Source: Mycoplasmoides genitalium G37
Lineage (GTDB): Bacteria > Bacillota_I > Bacilli_A > Mycoplasmatales > Mycoplasmoidaceae
Direction: 5' to 3'
Length of the DNA stretch: 32,000 nucleotides
Assembly (NCBI RefSeq): GCF_000027325.1
Contig: NC_000908.2
Coordinates: 548,077 to 580,076 of the forward strand
Shown here: piece by piece, positions 22,918 through 32,000 of the stretch
Layout of the letters: each line of letters opens with the position of its first letter
Numbering within the stretch: position 1 is the stretch's first letter
Notes under the pieces: model-generated
What the model was told of the DNA's origin: nothing
Databases searched by the model: none
What the model saw: only the letters and a program-made list of their open reading frames with translations
Made by a program: the position numbers and the translations under genes

Positions 22918-25900
22918 CTAAAACCCTTCCTTCAGTTCAGCTGAGCGTAACTTAATTCAAAAGTAAGAACCAATTACAAAGATAGTAACACCAAATAATA
23001 CTATCCCTACCATGTATGGCAAGAACTCAAATACATTAGTTAAAAAGACTTGTGCAACATTGAAAACAACCGCTTGGATACCAATTAAAACACCAGCTAA
23101 AACTCCAATAGAAATTAGTAATGCTAAAACAAATGCAGGGATAAAGAAGGTAAGTAAACTAATTAAATTTTGTACATCTCTATAGCCAATAGCCTTAAGT
23201 GAAATAAAGATTCTTTTCATCTCTTCTAACATTGAGATACCAAGTACAACACAAGTAATGAAAATGAAAGGAATAATAGTTCCTAAAAGAAACGCATCTA
23301 CTTGATTCACAGTGTTAAACAAAACTTCAGCATTATTTCTAATGATCTGAGCACTAGTTCCAGCTGCATCAATATTGAGTACAGGAGCAATAATGTTATT
23401 ACCAAAAATACTACTTGCATTTTGGGAAAGTAAATTAACACTATTTCATTCTGTTTTGTATTTATTAACTAGTTCTTTACGAAGCGATTCATAATTCATT
23501 GAAGTAGTATTAATAATCTGTTTTTCTTGTGCTAACTTATTAATAATTTCAGGATCAGTAGGTAGTATGGATGTAATAACTTTATCAAGTTTATTCCTTA
23601 CTAAATTTTGGAAATTATTACCAAAGTCAGTGAAATTACCCCAAACACCAATTATCGAGTTTAATACTAATGCCTTATTTAATAAAGAAGGTTTTAATTC
23701 TTTGGAAAATACACCATTAAAAGGAACATAACCGTTTGGTTTTACATAATCAATTTCATATTCATCACTACTTTGAGATTGGCCATTTGTCTTTTTAATA
23801 ACATCTCTAATAATACCTCTGCCCTGATTACCACTTAGTTTTAATAAGTTATTAGCAATGTGTTGGTTAATATAAAGTTCTTGTCCAAAAGCATCAGTAG
23901 AAACACCAACAACTTTAAATGCTACTGTTGAATTATTTAAGGGTGCTTTTAGAAATTTTTCAGAGTATCTTGTGGCAGTATTTTTCGGTTTTATATAAAC
24001 ATAATCACCAATATTAATGTTGTTAGCATATTGAAAACCAGCATTAACAATTACATTCATTTCCTGATCAGAACTAATTAAATTTCTTAAAGAGTTACCA
24101 CTACCATCTATCAGATTAACAAAACTTGATTCAGGGTTAATCCCTGTTAAAGTGTATGGTGAATTCTCATCAAGATTATCTTCTTGAAAACCAAATGGGC
24201 CTTCAACATAAGTGTAGGTTTCTTCTATGGCAGGGTCAACAGGAACAATCCCAAAATTTAACTTAGAATCTTGTTTTGCAAGTTCAAAATCCCCATAAAC
24301 TTTCAACATAAAACTAAGAAAGCTATCATTAAATTTAACCCCACCAGGATTAAATACATCAATTGTAGTTAGTACCCTACTAGCATCTAACTGAATTTGA
24401 TTAGTTCTAGGGTTTCTAATTAAAAACCCATTAGCATTTAAGTTATTGAAAAAGTCATCAGTTAATACTGAAATTAAAAACTGATCACTAGATGCTGAAA
24501 GTAACTGAGTAATCTGTTTAGGAATTGATTTTTCAACAATTTCCCAAGGGTTAATGTTAGAACCGCCAACCCTAATAGGAAAGTCAATAATCCATTTTGA
24601 TAGAGAGGCATGCCTAAAGAAATTCTCATCAGTGTTTAACTGTTGAGCACCACCATAACTAGGCAAAAGTAAGTTGCCCAATTCAAGCTCAGTTCCATCT
24701 GCTGCTTTTATTGGTTGATCCTGGCGGTTTTTAAGTTTTAAATTACTTGGTTTATAAGGGTGCTCATTTTGAGAATTTGCTTGAACACTTTCGTTATACA
24801 AGGTTTTAATACCATTATTATTATCAGTAACTCCAAAGTGTGAATAGGGTTGAATTGCATACCATCCAGATTGCTCTGTTGGTGTTTGTAAATTCAACTT
24901 ATAGTTAAAGTTTCTATTTAAGGAAGTGCTTGTTTGTGCTGCACTAAATTTTTGGGGAATAGTACCTGCAATCCCAATTAATAAAAGTGCAACTGAACTC
25001 AATCCTACATAGGTAAATAAACGTGAAAAACGTGAAACGATTAATGAAACCCTAAACTTGGTCAAGGGTGACATTGTATGACTTTTATGTTTTAAAAGAT
25101 GAAGAAGAACTGAAAACTTGGTCTCATTGCCTTGATCAATTAAGACATTAACAGGTTTACTAAACAACTGTTTAAAGGCAATTCAACTAATAAATTCAAA
25201 AACAAAAAAGGTTATAAAGAAAGAACCAAAAAACGATAACCAGTTAAAGCTATTTTCAGGTAAAGCAATAAACCAATACCTATTTATGATTCCCTTTACT
25301 TGTCCTTCTAGAAGAAAGGCAAATAAAACTCCTAAAAAACTAGAAACAATTGCAACAATACCAGCAAACACACTCATTCCAACAATAAATTTAGTTGTTG
25401 AAAATCCCCCTGCTCTGATAATAGAAAACTCAGTTTGATTCTTTTTAATAAATGACTTAATTAAAAGAATAATTAAATAAAGAGCAAGAATAATCAAAAA
25501 TATAGCAATAACAGTACTTACTATTGCCAAATAGCTTTGCACTAAATCAGGAAAATAGTTTCTTGCTGTTGTCAGATAATTAAACTTAGAAATATCTTTA
25601 ACATTAAATGCTAAATCACTTCTAGGAACATCTAGATATCCCTCTAATCTATTAGCAATAAACTGCACTGGGTCTTGGTCAGTGTGCTGTTTTAAATCTG
25701 TTGACTTAAAAGCATAATAATTTTCTTGGTTAGCTGCTGGTACAGCAAACAGAATACTTCTGTAAGCTTGATCATTAACAAAGATTAACGCTTCATCTTG
25801 GGTATTAGGCAACGGAGATTGTAAAGATAACACTGGGTAACCAGTTTCTACTGATTCACCTATACCTAAAATTGCAAATGTTAGTCCGTTAATACTAAAT

Positions 25901-28269
25901 TTATAACGATCAGGTAGATCATTTAACCAGTTAGGGAAATTGTTTGGTGTTTGCAATGCAGTTTTTCAAGCATATTCCCCTTCCTGGGGAAGAATTTCTT
26001 TATTGTGTCTAAACAACCATTGTTGAGAAACAACCGCTCCGTGTGCTTCAGGGGTTTGCACAACTAAATTTTGTTGATCAGTAGGTAATATTAATGGATT
26101 GACCCCATTTTTAACAGTAATAGGGATCTCAAGCATTTGGCGATTTGTCTCTATTAATTCATTAGGATCTTGAAAAGCAGGAGTAAAATAACTTAAAAGT
26201 GCAAGATAATTATTAGCTGCTTTTCGTTTATCTTCTTCCTTAAGATTATTAAATCCATTGGCATCTAAATTAGTTCATTGTTTTAAAGCATCTAAAGCAG
26301 TAGTTGGGATATTAGTAGCTTCTGGTAATTGGGCTTGAGCAATAATATTTGCTAACTTTGGATAAATGGGAAATTTAGTAGATTTTGGACTTAAAGCTTG
26401 GGTATTTTTTAAACTAGCAGTCATTCCACCACTACTGGTGCTTGGTTTAAATTCATAATCAATTTTTTGTAAAAATCCATTATTAGCATCTTGACCACCA
26501 TAAATTGTGTCTAAAGGGTTTGATTCATTTTGCTCAGGTTTAAATAACCAAGATTTAAGATCAACGCCATCAATTAAAGAAAGATCGTTGTATCTCTGTT
26601 CATCTTTGTTGGAAACTAAAAAACTTGCTGACTCTGCTGAACTAACATTGTTAGCTATTGCGATATTTTGCTTTGAATAATCAATGTTATTGAAAGCAGT
26701 GGCTTTTAAAAAATGATCACGGTACTTTTCTAAAAGATCAACTGTTTTTTTAACAAGATCCTCTTGAAAGATACTACGTCATTGATCAAGTACTGCTGCA
26801 TAAACTGCATCAAGGGTTTTTTCAGGAGTGTTATTGGACTGGTGAATTTTATTGTATGCAGTTTGAACATTTGAAAAGTTAGGATCAGCTATTCCATTAC
26901 TTGCTTGACTGTTTTGATTTTGAACTAATTGGAGATTGTTGCTTGAAGGTTGAAAAGAAAGATTATTATTTCTTACCATCATTCCATTCTGAGTTTTAAA
27001 GATTGTGTCTTTATCACTATCACTAAAACCTGGTAAGGAATTGAGAATTGTATCTTTCTCAGATTCAACTTTCTTTTTAAGTCAATCTTTATTAATTTTT
27101 AGTTCAAATTTCTTAAGTTGCTTAAGTTTATTTTCAAGATCTCAATCTCCAAAAGAGGAATTATTGGCTATAGTTTTAGCATTAGTTTCTAACCACTTTA
27201 ACTGTTCATTATCTAGCTTATTTAATTTAGAAATATCTAAATTAAAAGTTAATGTAAAACTTTGATTATCTTTACTTTCTTTTTGGGTTTGAAATTCTTC
27301 AACAATTTCTTTAAAAGGATTGACATCTTTCCAAAATTGAGAACCAGGATCGATTTCTAAATCAATTGGGATGTTTGCATAAAGATTGGGAAATCAGTTA
27401 GCAGCTTCATTACCACCTGTAAATAGATAGTTAGCAGATATATCAGTATTATCTGCTTTGGTCTCATCACTCTTAAACCAAACTTTATCTTTGTTATTGG
27501 TTTTATAAAGTGAATTAACAGTACTGTCTTTTTGTGGATCATTGTTTGTTTGTTGCTTTTGTGTAATTTTTACTTGTGTTCCTGTGCTTTTTCCTTTATC
27601 ACCAGGAAAACGCGCAATGCCAGCACGCAATGAGATAGTTTCTTTAATTAAACCATCAGCAAAATAACCTAGAAGGTTACCACTAGCATCATAAATAAGG
27701 TTTTGAGGGTCTGATATTATGTGTCTATTTGTAATGGAATCACTAATATCACTACCATTAAAAGAATCAGTATTATTAAAAGAAACTGCTAACCCTTTAT
27801 AAATTCTTTTTTCAGCAATATTGGCTTCTCCATATGCTTTTAAAATACCTCTTTTTCTTGCTAAAAAGAGTTTATCTTTTTCATTAACATCGCCTTTGCG
27901 GGGAATGGTTTTGTTTTGGTTATCACCACTACCATTACTTTGTCCTGAATCACTTCCAAAATCATTTTCTTGATAAGGAAAAAGATAGTTAATTTTTTTA
28001 TCATCTATCTTTATTTTGGAAAAATAACCACTATCATTAGTTAAACTGGCTATATAAACAGGATTAGCTTCCTTTAAAATAGCAGGAGCTACTATATCAG
28101 AAGAGTTAGTTTTAGATACTAATGTAGTGTAGGTACTAACTAAGTTGTTACTTAACTGAACAATAGATGTTTCAAGGAAAATAATGCTAAATAAAACAAA
28201 GATAATTCCAAATAATAAAAAGAAGAACTTTTTAAGCGATTTAAATATCTGTTTAAAAAAAGAAAACAT
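22918..28269 (-). CDS. Giant ABC transporter permease with FtsX-like TM regions (MG468-like), 1783 aa
   Basis: All track ORFs 22957..23322, 23446..25167, 25183..25956, 26779..26982 and 27394..28269 share one frame and are separated by TGA=Trp. N-terminal TM anchor, large extracellular-type region, multiple TM helices. Confidence 0.9.
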
Positions 28270-28280
28270 CTCAATTAAAC

Positions 28281-29135
28281 TCAGTTAATTTGTTCGATGG
28301 TTTTTGGATTCTGATTTAAATAATCAACGATTATCTTGCCATCATGGATTTTAATTACCCGTTTAGCTAATTCCACTATCTTTTCGTTGTGGGTAACTAT
28401 TACTATAGTAGTACCTTTGTCACGATTATATTCCACAAAAAATTGCAATATTTTTTTGGAAATATCAATATTAACTGCTCCAGTAGGTTCATCACCAAAC
28501 AAAATTTTAGGTTCTTTAATTAAAGCCCGAGCAATAGCAACACGTTGTTGTTGTCCACCAGAGAGTTTATGAACTTTCTTATGTCTATGTTCTTTTAATT
28601 CCAAGCGTTCTAATAATTCTTCAAGATTATTATTAAACCTTTTTTTTAATGGTAGAGCAAGCTTAATATTATCATCAACGTCAAGATCACGCAATAAACC
28701 ATATTGTTGAAAAATATAACCAACGTTTTTATTTCTTAACGCGGTTAGTTTTGCATCACTACAACATATGGTGTTAGTTCCACAAACAAAACTATCGCCG
28801 CTAGTTGGTCGATCTAATGCGGAAATTAAAGAAAGTAAGCTGGTTTTACCACTACCAGATTTACCAAGAATAACAACAAATTCTCCTGGAAGAATTTTTA
28901 AATTAATGTGGTTACAAATAAGTTGGTTGTTAATGCCATTTGTAACAGCTTTACAAACTTCTTTGAAGTAAATATCATACTTTTTAGCTTCAAATGAATT
29001 AAGTGATTTTCTTTTGGGGTGCTTTTTATTTAACTTTTTAATTAATTTAGATGCTTTTTTACTAACAGCAAAATCTGATGATTTTAAGTAAATATCAAAC
29101 TTTTTGTTCTCTTTTGTTTTTAAAACCATAAACAA
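28281..29135 (-). CDS. ABC transporter ATP-binding protein (LolD/MacB-like)
   Basis: Walker A '[14 protein letters not shown]', signature '[32 protein letters not shown]'; N-terminal extension before the ATPase core. The actual start may be the second Met (29129). Confidence 0.92.
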
Positions 29136-29191
29136 TCATTAAGTCATCTAAAAAAATACCCTGAGAACACTATTAGAAAATTTTAATTTTG

Positions 29192-30505
29192 CTAAATTAC
29201 TAATGATGTAATTACATCCCGTAATGAACTGTCATTTTCAATCATTTTAGCAACTCTTTTAACTGCCATTAATACACTTGAATGACTTCTCTTAAATATT
29301 TTGCCAATTTGTTGAAATTGCATGTTGTACTTTTGACGCAAAAGGTAATTACACACATCACGAACACGGACAAGTTCTGCTTTACGATTTTCTGAAAGTA
29401 CACTGTCCATAGGAACATTAAATCTACGGCAAACGTTCTCTATTAATAAATAAGGATCAAAGCTCTTTTTATGAAACTTCTCAAATTCTTCAAAAAGAAT
29501 TTCTTTTAAATTTTCAGTATTTATTAAATTTTGTTTTGAAGTTTTAGCAAAAAATAATAACTTTGTTGCAATTCCATTTAAAGCACGCACATCGTTACCT
29601 GAAATTTGTGCTGCATCATGTCTTGCCTCATTAGTTATTTGGATGTTAGGATCTTTTTCTTTTAATTTAACAGTAAGTATTTCACAAAGTGAAGACAAAT
29701 TATGCTTTTCTATCTTTAGTAATAATCCTGATTTAAAGCGAGAAATCATTCTTGCATCAATATCAATTAGTTCATCAGGAGCCTTATCAGAAACTAAAAC
29801 AATTTGTTTTTTATTTAGAACTAGGTTATTAAAAATATTGAAAAGAATTTCTAAGGTTTTTTCTTTTCTGCCAAATATTTGAGTGTCATCTATTAAAACT
29901 AAATCTAAATTTTCATAATTTTTTTTTAGTTTTTCTATACCTTTATCCCTTTGATAAAAAGCATCAACAACTTCTTGGGCAAAATCACTTGAAACAACAT
30001 ACTTTACTCTGGCATTTGGAAAATTACGAAATTTTTCATTTCCTATTGCTTGTAGTAGGTGAGTTTTACCAAGACCGGTTTCTCCGTAAATAAAAAGCGG
30101 TGAAAATTCGTTATCTTGAGTTTCAGCTAATCTAACGCCTGCTTCATAAGCTCTTTTATTTCCTTCACTAATTACAAAGTTTTGAAAAGTATAGTTTTTA
30201 CTCAATCCAGAATTTTGATAAAGAGTATCACGACTATTTTCTTCTAATTTTGCTAAGTTAAAAAAGAAATCTTGCTCATTAACAAAATTAACACTTTTAA
30301 TTCCTTCATACAAACTTTCAGCTAAATGAATAATTTCAGAATTATCATTTAAGGAATTACGAGCAAATTCATTTTCTAAAAGAATTAAAAGAACATTATT
30401 TTTAAATACGAAACGATTAATGTCTTTAATGTATTTATCATGAAAACCTATTGTTTTTTCATAATGCTTTTTTAATAGAGATTTAAAGGCATTAAATTGT
30501 TCCAT
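29192..30505 (-). CDS. dnaA: Chromosomal replication initiator protein DnaA
   Basis: 'FIYGETGLGKTHLLQAIGN', 'LVLIDDTQIFGRKEKT', C-terminal DnaA-box-binding 'IGKIFKRSHSSVLMAVKRV'; 437 aa. Confidence 0.98.
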   Translation of the reverse strand: MEQFNAFKSLLKKHYEKTIGFHDKYIKDINRFVFKNNVLLILLENEFARNSLNDNSEIIHLAESLYEGIKSVNFVNEQDFFFNLAKLEENSRDTLYQNSGLSKNYTFQNFVISEGNKRAYEAGVRLAETQDNEFSPLFIYGETGLGKTHLLQAIGNEKFRNFPNARVKYVVSSDFAQEVVDAFYQRDKGIEKLKKNYENLDLVLIDDTQIFGRKEKTLEILFNIFNNLVLNKKQIVLVSDKAPDELIDIDARMISRFKSGLLLKIEKHNLSSLCEILTVKLKEKDPNIQITNEARHDAAQISGNDVRALNGIATKLLFFAKTSKQNLINTENLKEILFEEFEKFHKKSFDPYLLIENVCRRFNVPMDSVLSENRKAELVRVRDVCNYLLRQKYNMQFQQIGKIFKRSHSSVLMAVKRVAKMIENDSSLRDVITSLVI

Positions 30506-31158
30506 TATTCTTCTATAACATTGTCAAGAATGATAGTTAAAATTCTCGAAATTGGGATATTAACTGCTTTGGAGTAATTTCTAACTTTTTGTCATACTCT
30601 TTGACTTGTATAGAAGTGTACACCTGTATCTAGTTTTTCTTGGCGTTCAACAGGAACTATTCCTGGTATTTTTGTTTTAGGTTGGGGAGGAATAGGCTGT
30701 GGTTGTGTGAATTGTTGTTGAAAATTTTGATTTTTTTGCTGTAAGAAACCATTATTATGATATTGAAAATTTTGTTCCTCTTGAAAATATCTCTCTTTTT
30801 TTGGTTTTCCAGAAAAATTTGATGAAAAAGATTTTTCTTCATTTCAATTTTCAAGATTATTTTCATTTTGTTGATTTATTTGCTCAGGCTGTTGAAATGA
30901 ATTATTTTTTGATCAAAAAGATTTTGGAAAGGTTTTTTCAAAAGCAGATAAAGGTCCAAAATCAAATGAAGATGAATCTTTGTCAAAAGATGTTTCTTCT
31001 CTTTTTGACAAATTTTGTTTTTGATTAAACTTATTTTTATTTTGGGGTGTTACTTTTTCTTTTATGGAAAACAAATCTTCTTCTAAAAGACTTTGTTCTG
31101 GGTCATCATCTTGTGCTAAATCAAAGAAAAAACGTTTCTTTTTGTTATTAATGGACAT
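30505..31158 (-). CDS. Uncharacterised 217-aa Q/N-rich protein with an RHH-like C-terminus, between parA and dnaA
   Basis: TGA=Trp (including 30913-30915) extends track ORF 30913..31158 to TAA 30505-30507: ...FPKSFWSKNNSFQQPEQINQQNENNLENWNEEKSFSS...PGIVPVERQEKLDTGVHFYTSQRVWQKVRNYSKAVNIPISRILTIILDNVIEE*. Overlaps parA (11 nt) and dnaA (1 nt, TAATG). Confidence 0.82.
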
Positions 31159-31957
31159 TGTAATTTGCTAAATTTAGGATTTCTTTTGTTATTTCTAAAT
31201 ACTCATTTAGATATTTTTTACTTGGTGATGATACTAATGATATTGGCAATTTTTCATAACCTACAGCTGCTGATGATTTTGATGTCAGAGAAACAAAATT
31301 TTTAGAAAAAGCTACATTATTTTTTTTAGCTTTTGTTTTAGCTAAATCTATTACTTCATTATGAAGACGAGTACGAACGTTAACTTTTGTAGGAACTAAA
31401 ATAGTTTTAAGATTTGTATTTTTTTCCTTAAATGTATCTATTGTTTCAACTATTCTCATCAAACCTAGCATCGAATATTGATCTGGTTCAAAGGGAATAA
31501 CTATGACATCTGATAAACTCATTGCAGTAGAAACTAAAGTTGCCATATTTGGTGGTGTATCTAATAAAACAAATTCATATCTTTTTGCTAGTTGCTTAAC
31601 TATTTCTGCTATATCTGAGGCCTTATATTTTTTACGTGATATGTCTATATCAGCAAAATTAAGTTCAAAATTACAAGGAAGAATATCAAGTCCCTCATAT
31701 ACAGATAGCAAGCAATCATCTATTTCAATGAAATTATTTGAACCACTGAATTTTGGAACCTTCAACAAAATGTCAATTAACGTGTTATTCAATCTTTCAG
31801 GGTTTTGTCCAAATGATGCAGAAACATTCCCCTGCCCGTCAAGATCAAGAATGACTTTTCGCCTTTCTGGACAAAGTTTAACCAATGATCCTGCAACATT
31901 AGTTGCCATTGTAGTTTTTAATACGCCGCCTTTATTATTTACAAAAGAAATGATCAT
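31148..31957 (-). CDS. ParA/Soj-family chromosome partitioning ATPase (MG470-like)
   Basis: 'MIISFVNNKGGVLKTTMATNVAGSL' deviant Walker A, 'KVILDLDGQGNVSASFG', 'YEFVLLDTPPNMATLVSTAMSLSDVIVIPFEPDQYSM'. Confidence 0.93.
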   Translation of the reverse strand: MIISFVNNKGGVLKTTMATNVAGSLVKLCPERRKVILDLDGQGNVSASFGQNPERLNNTLIDILLKVPKFSGSNNFIEIDDCLLSVYEGLDILPCNFELNFADIDISRKKYKASDIAEIVKQLAKRYEFVLLDTPPNMATLVSTAMSLSDVIVIPFEPDQYSMLGLMRIVETIDTFKEKNTNLKTILVPTKVNVRTRLHNEVIDLAKTKAKKNNVAFSKNFVSLTSKSSAAVGYEKLPISLVSSPSKKYLNEYLEITKEILNLANYNVH

Positions 31958-32000
31958 ATATTTAAATGATTATAATATTTCTTTAATACTAAAAAAATAC

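Noticed and set aside
27357-27542. 61-aa minus ORF inside the giant permease
   Set aside because: Alternative frame within the permease coding sequence; chance open stretch in AT-rich DNA.
28336-28572. 78-aa plus ORF opposite the ABC ATPase, with similar ones at 22034..22252 and 28768..28971
   Set aside because: Shadow ORFs recurring opposite the same conserved ABC ATPase motifs; they reflect codon composition rather than genes.
30657-30866. 69-aa minus-strand ORF between dnaA and parA
   Set aside because: It lies in an alternative frame inside the 217-codon ORF 30505..31158, which explains the region better.
30801-31028. 75-aa plus-strand ORF opposite the parA-partner candidate
   Set aside because: Antisense to the longer, operon-organised minus-strand ORF.
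31958-32000. Short AT-rich end segment upstream of parA as the replication origin
   Set aside because: Only 43 nt is visible and it contains no consensus DnaA box; it cannot be judged from this window.

Overview
The window is a gene-dense, AT-rich mollicute (Mycoplasma) chromosome segment. Gene content and order match my recollection of the Mycoplasma genitalium MG443-MG470 region that ends at the replication origin. The supplied ORF track breaks many genes at TGA. Reading TGA as Trp (genetic code 4) rejoins them into full-length genes: yitT-like, rplS, trmD, rpsP, a MATE-like transporter, msrB, a ytpR-like gene, degV-like, tuf, a membrane protein, galU, ohr/osmC, tyrS, an MG456-like gene, ftsH, hpt, an MG459-like gene, ldh, an HD-domain hydrolase, gltX, ksgA, yidC, rnpA, rpmH, an ABC ATPase / giant permease / ABC ATPase operon, dnaA and parA/soj. 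The items most worth a second look are: (1) a 217-aa ORF between parA and dnaA, invisible without TGA=Trp, overlapping both neighbours and ending in a ribbon-helix-helix-like C-terminus, so a candidate ParG/ParB-type partner; (2) a 52-aa single-TM ORF abutting the ftsH start; (3) an uncharacterised 193-aa ORF between ftsH and the MG456-like gene; (4) a decayed gene between rpsP and the MATE-like gene; (5) an apparent frameshift at an A7/T7 tract in the ytpR-like gene; (6) an atypical P-loop in the ParA protein. I found no rRNA, tRNA, CRISPR array or transposase.
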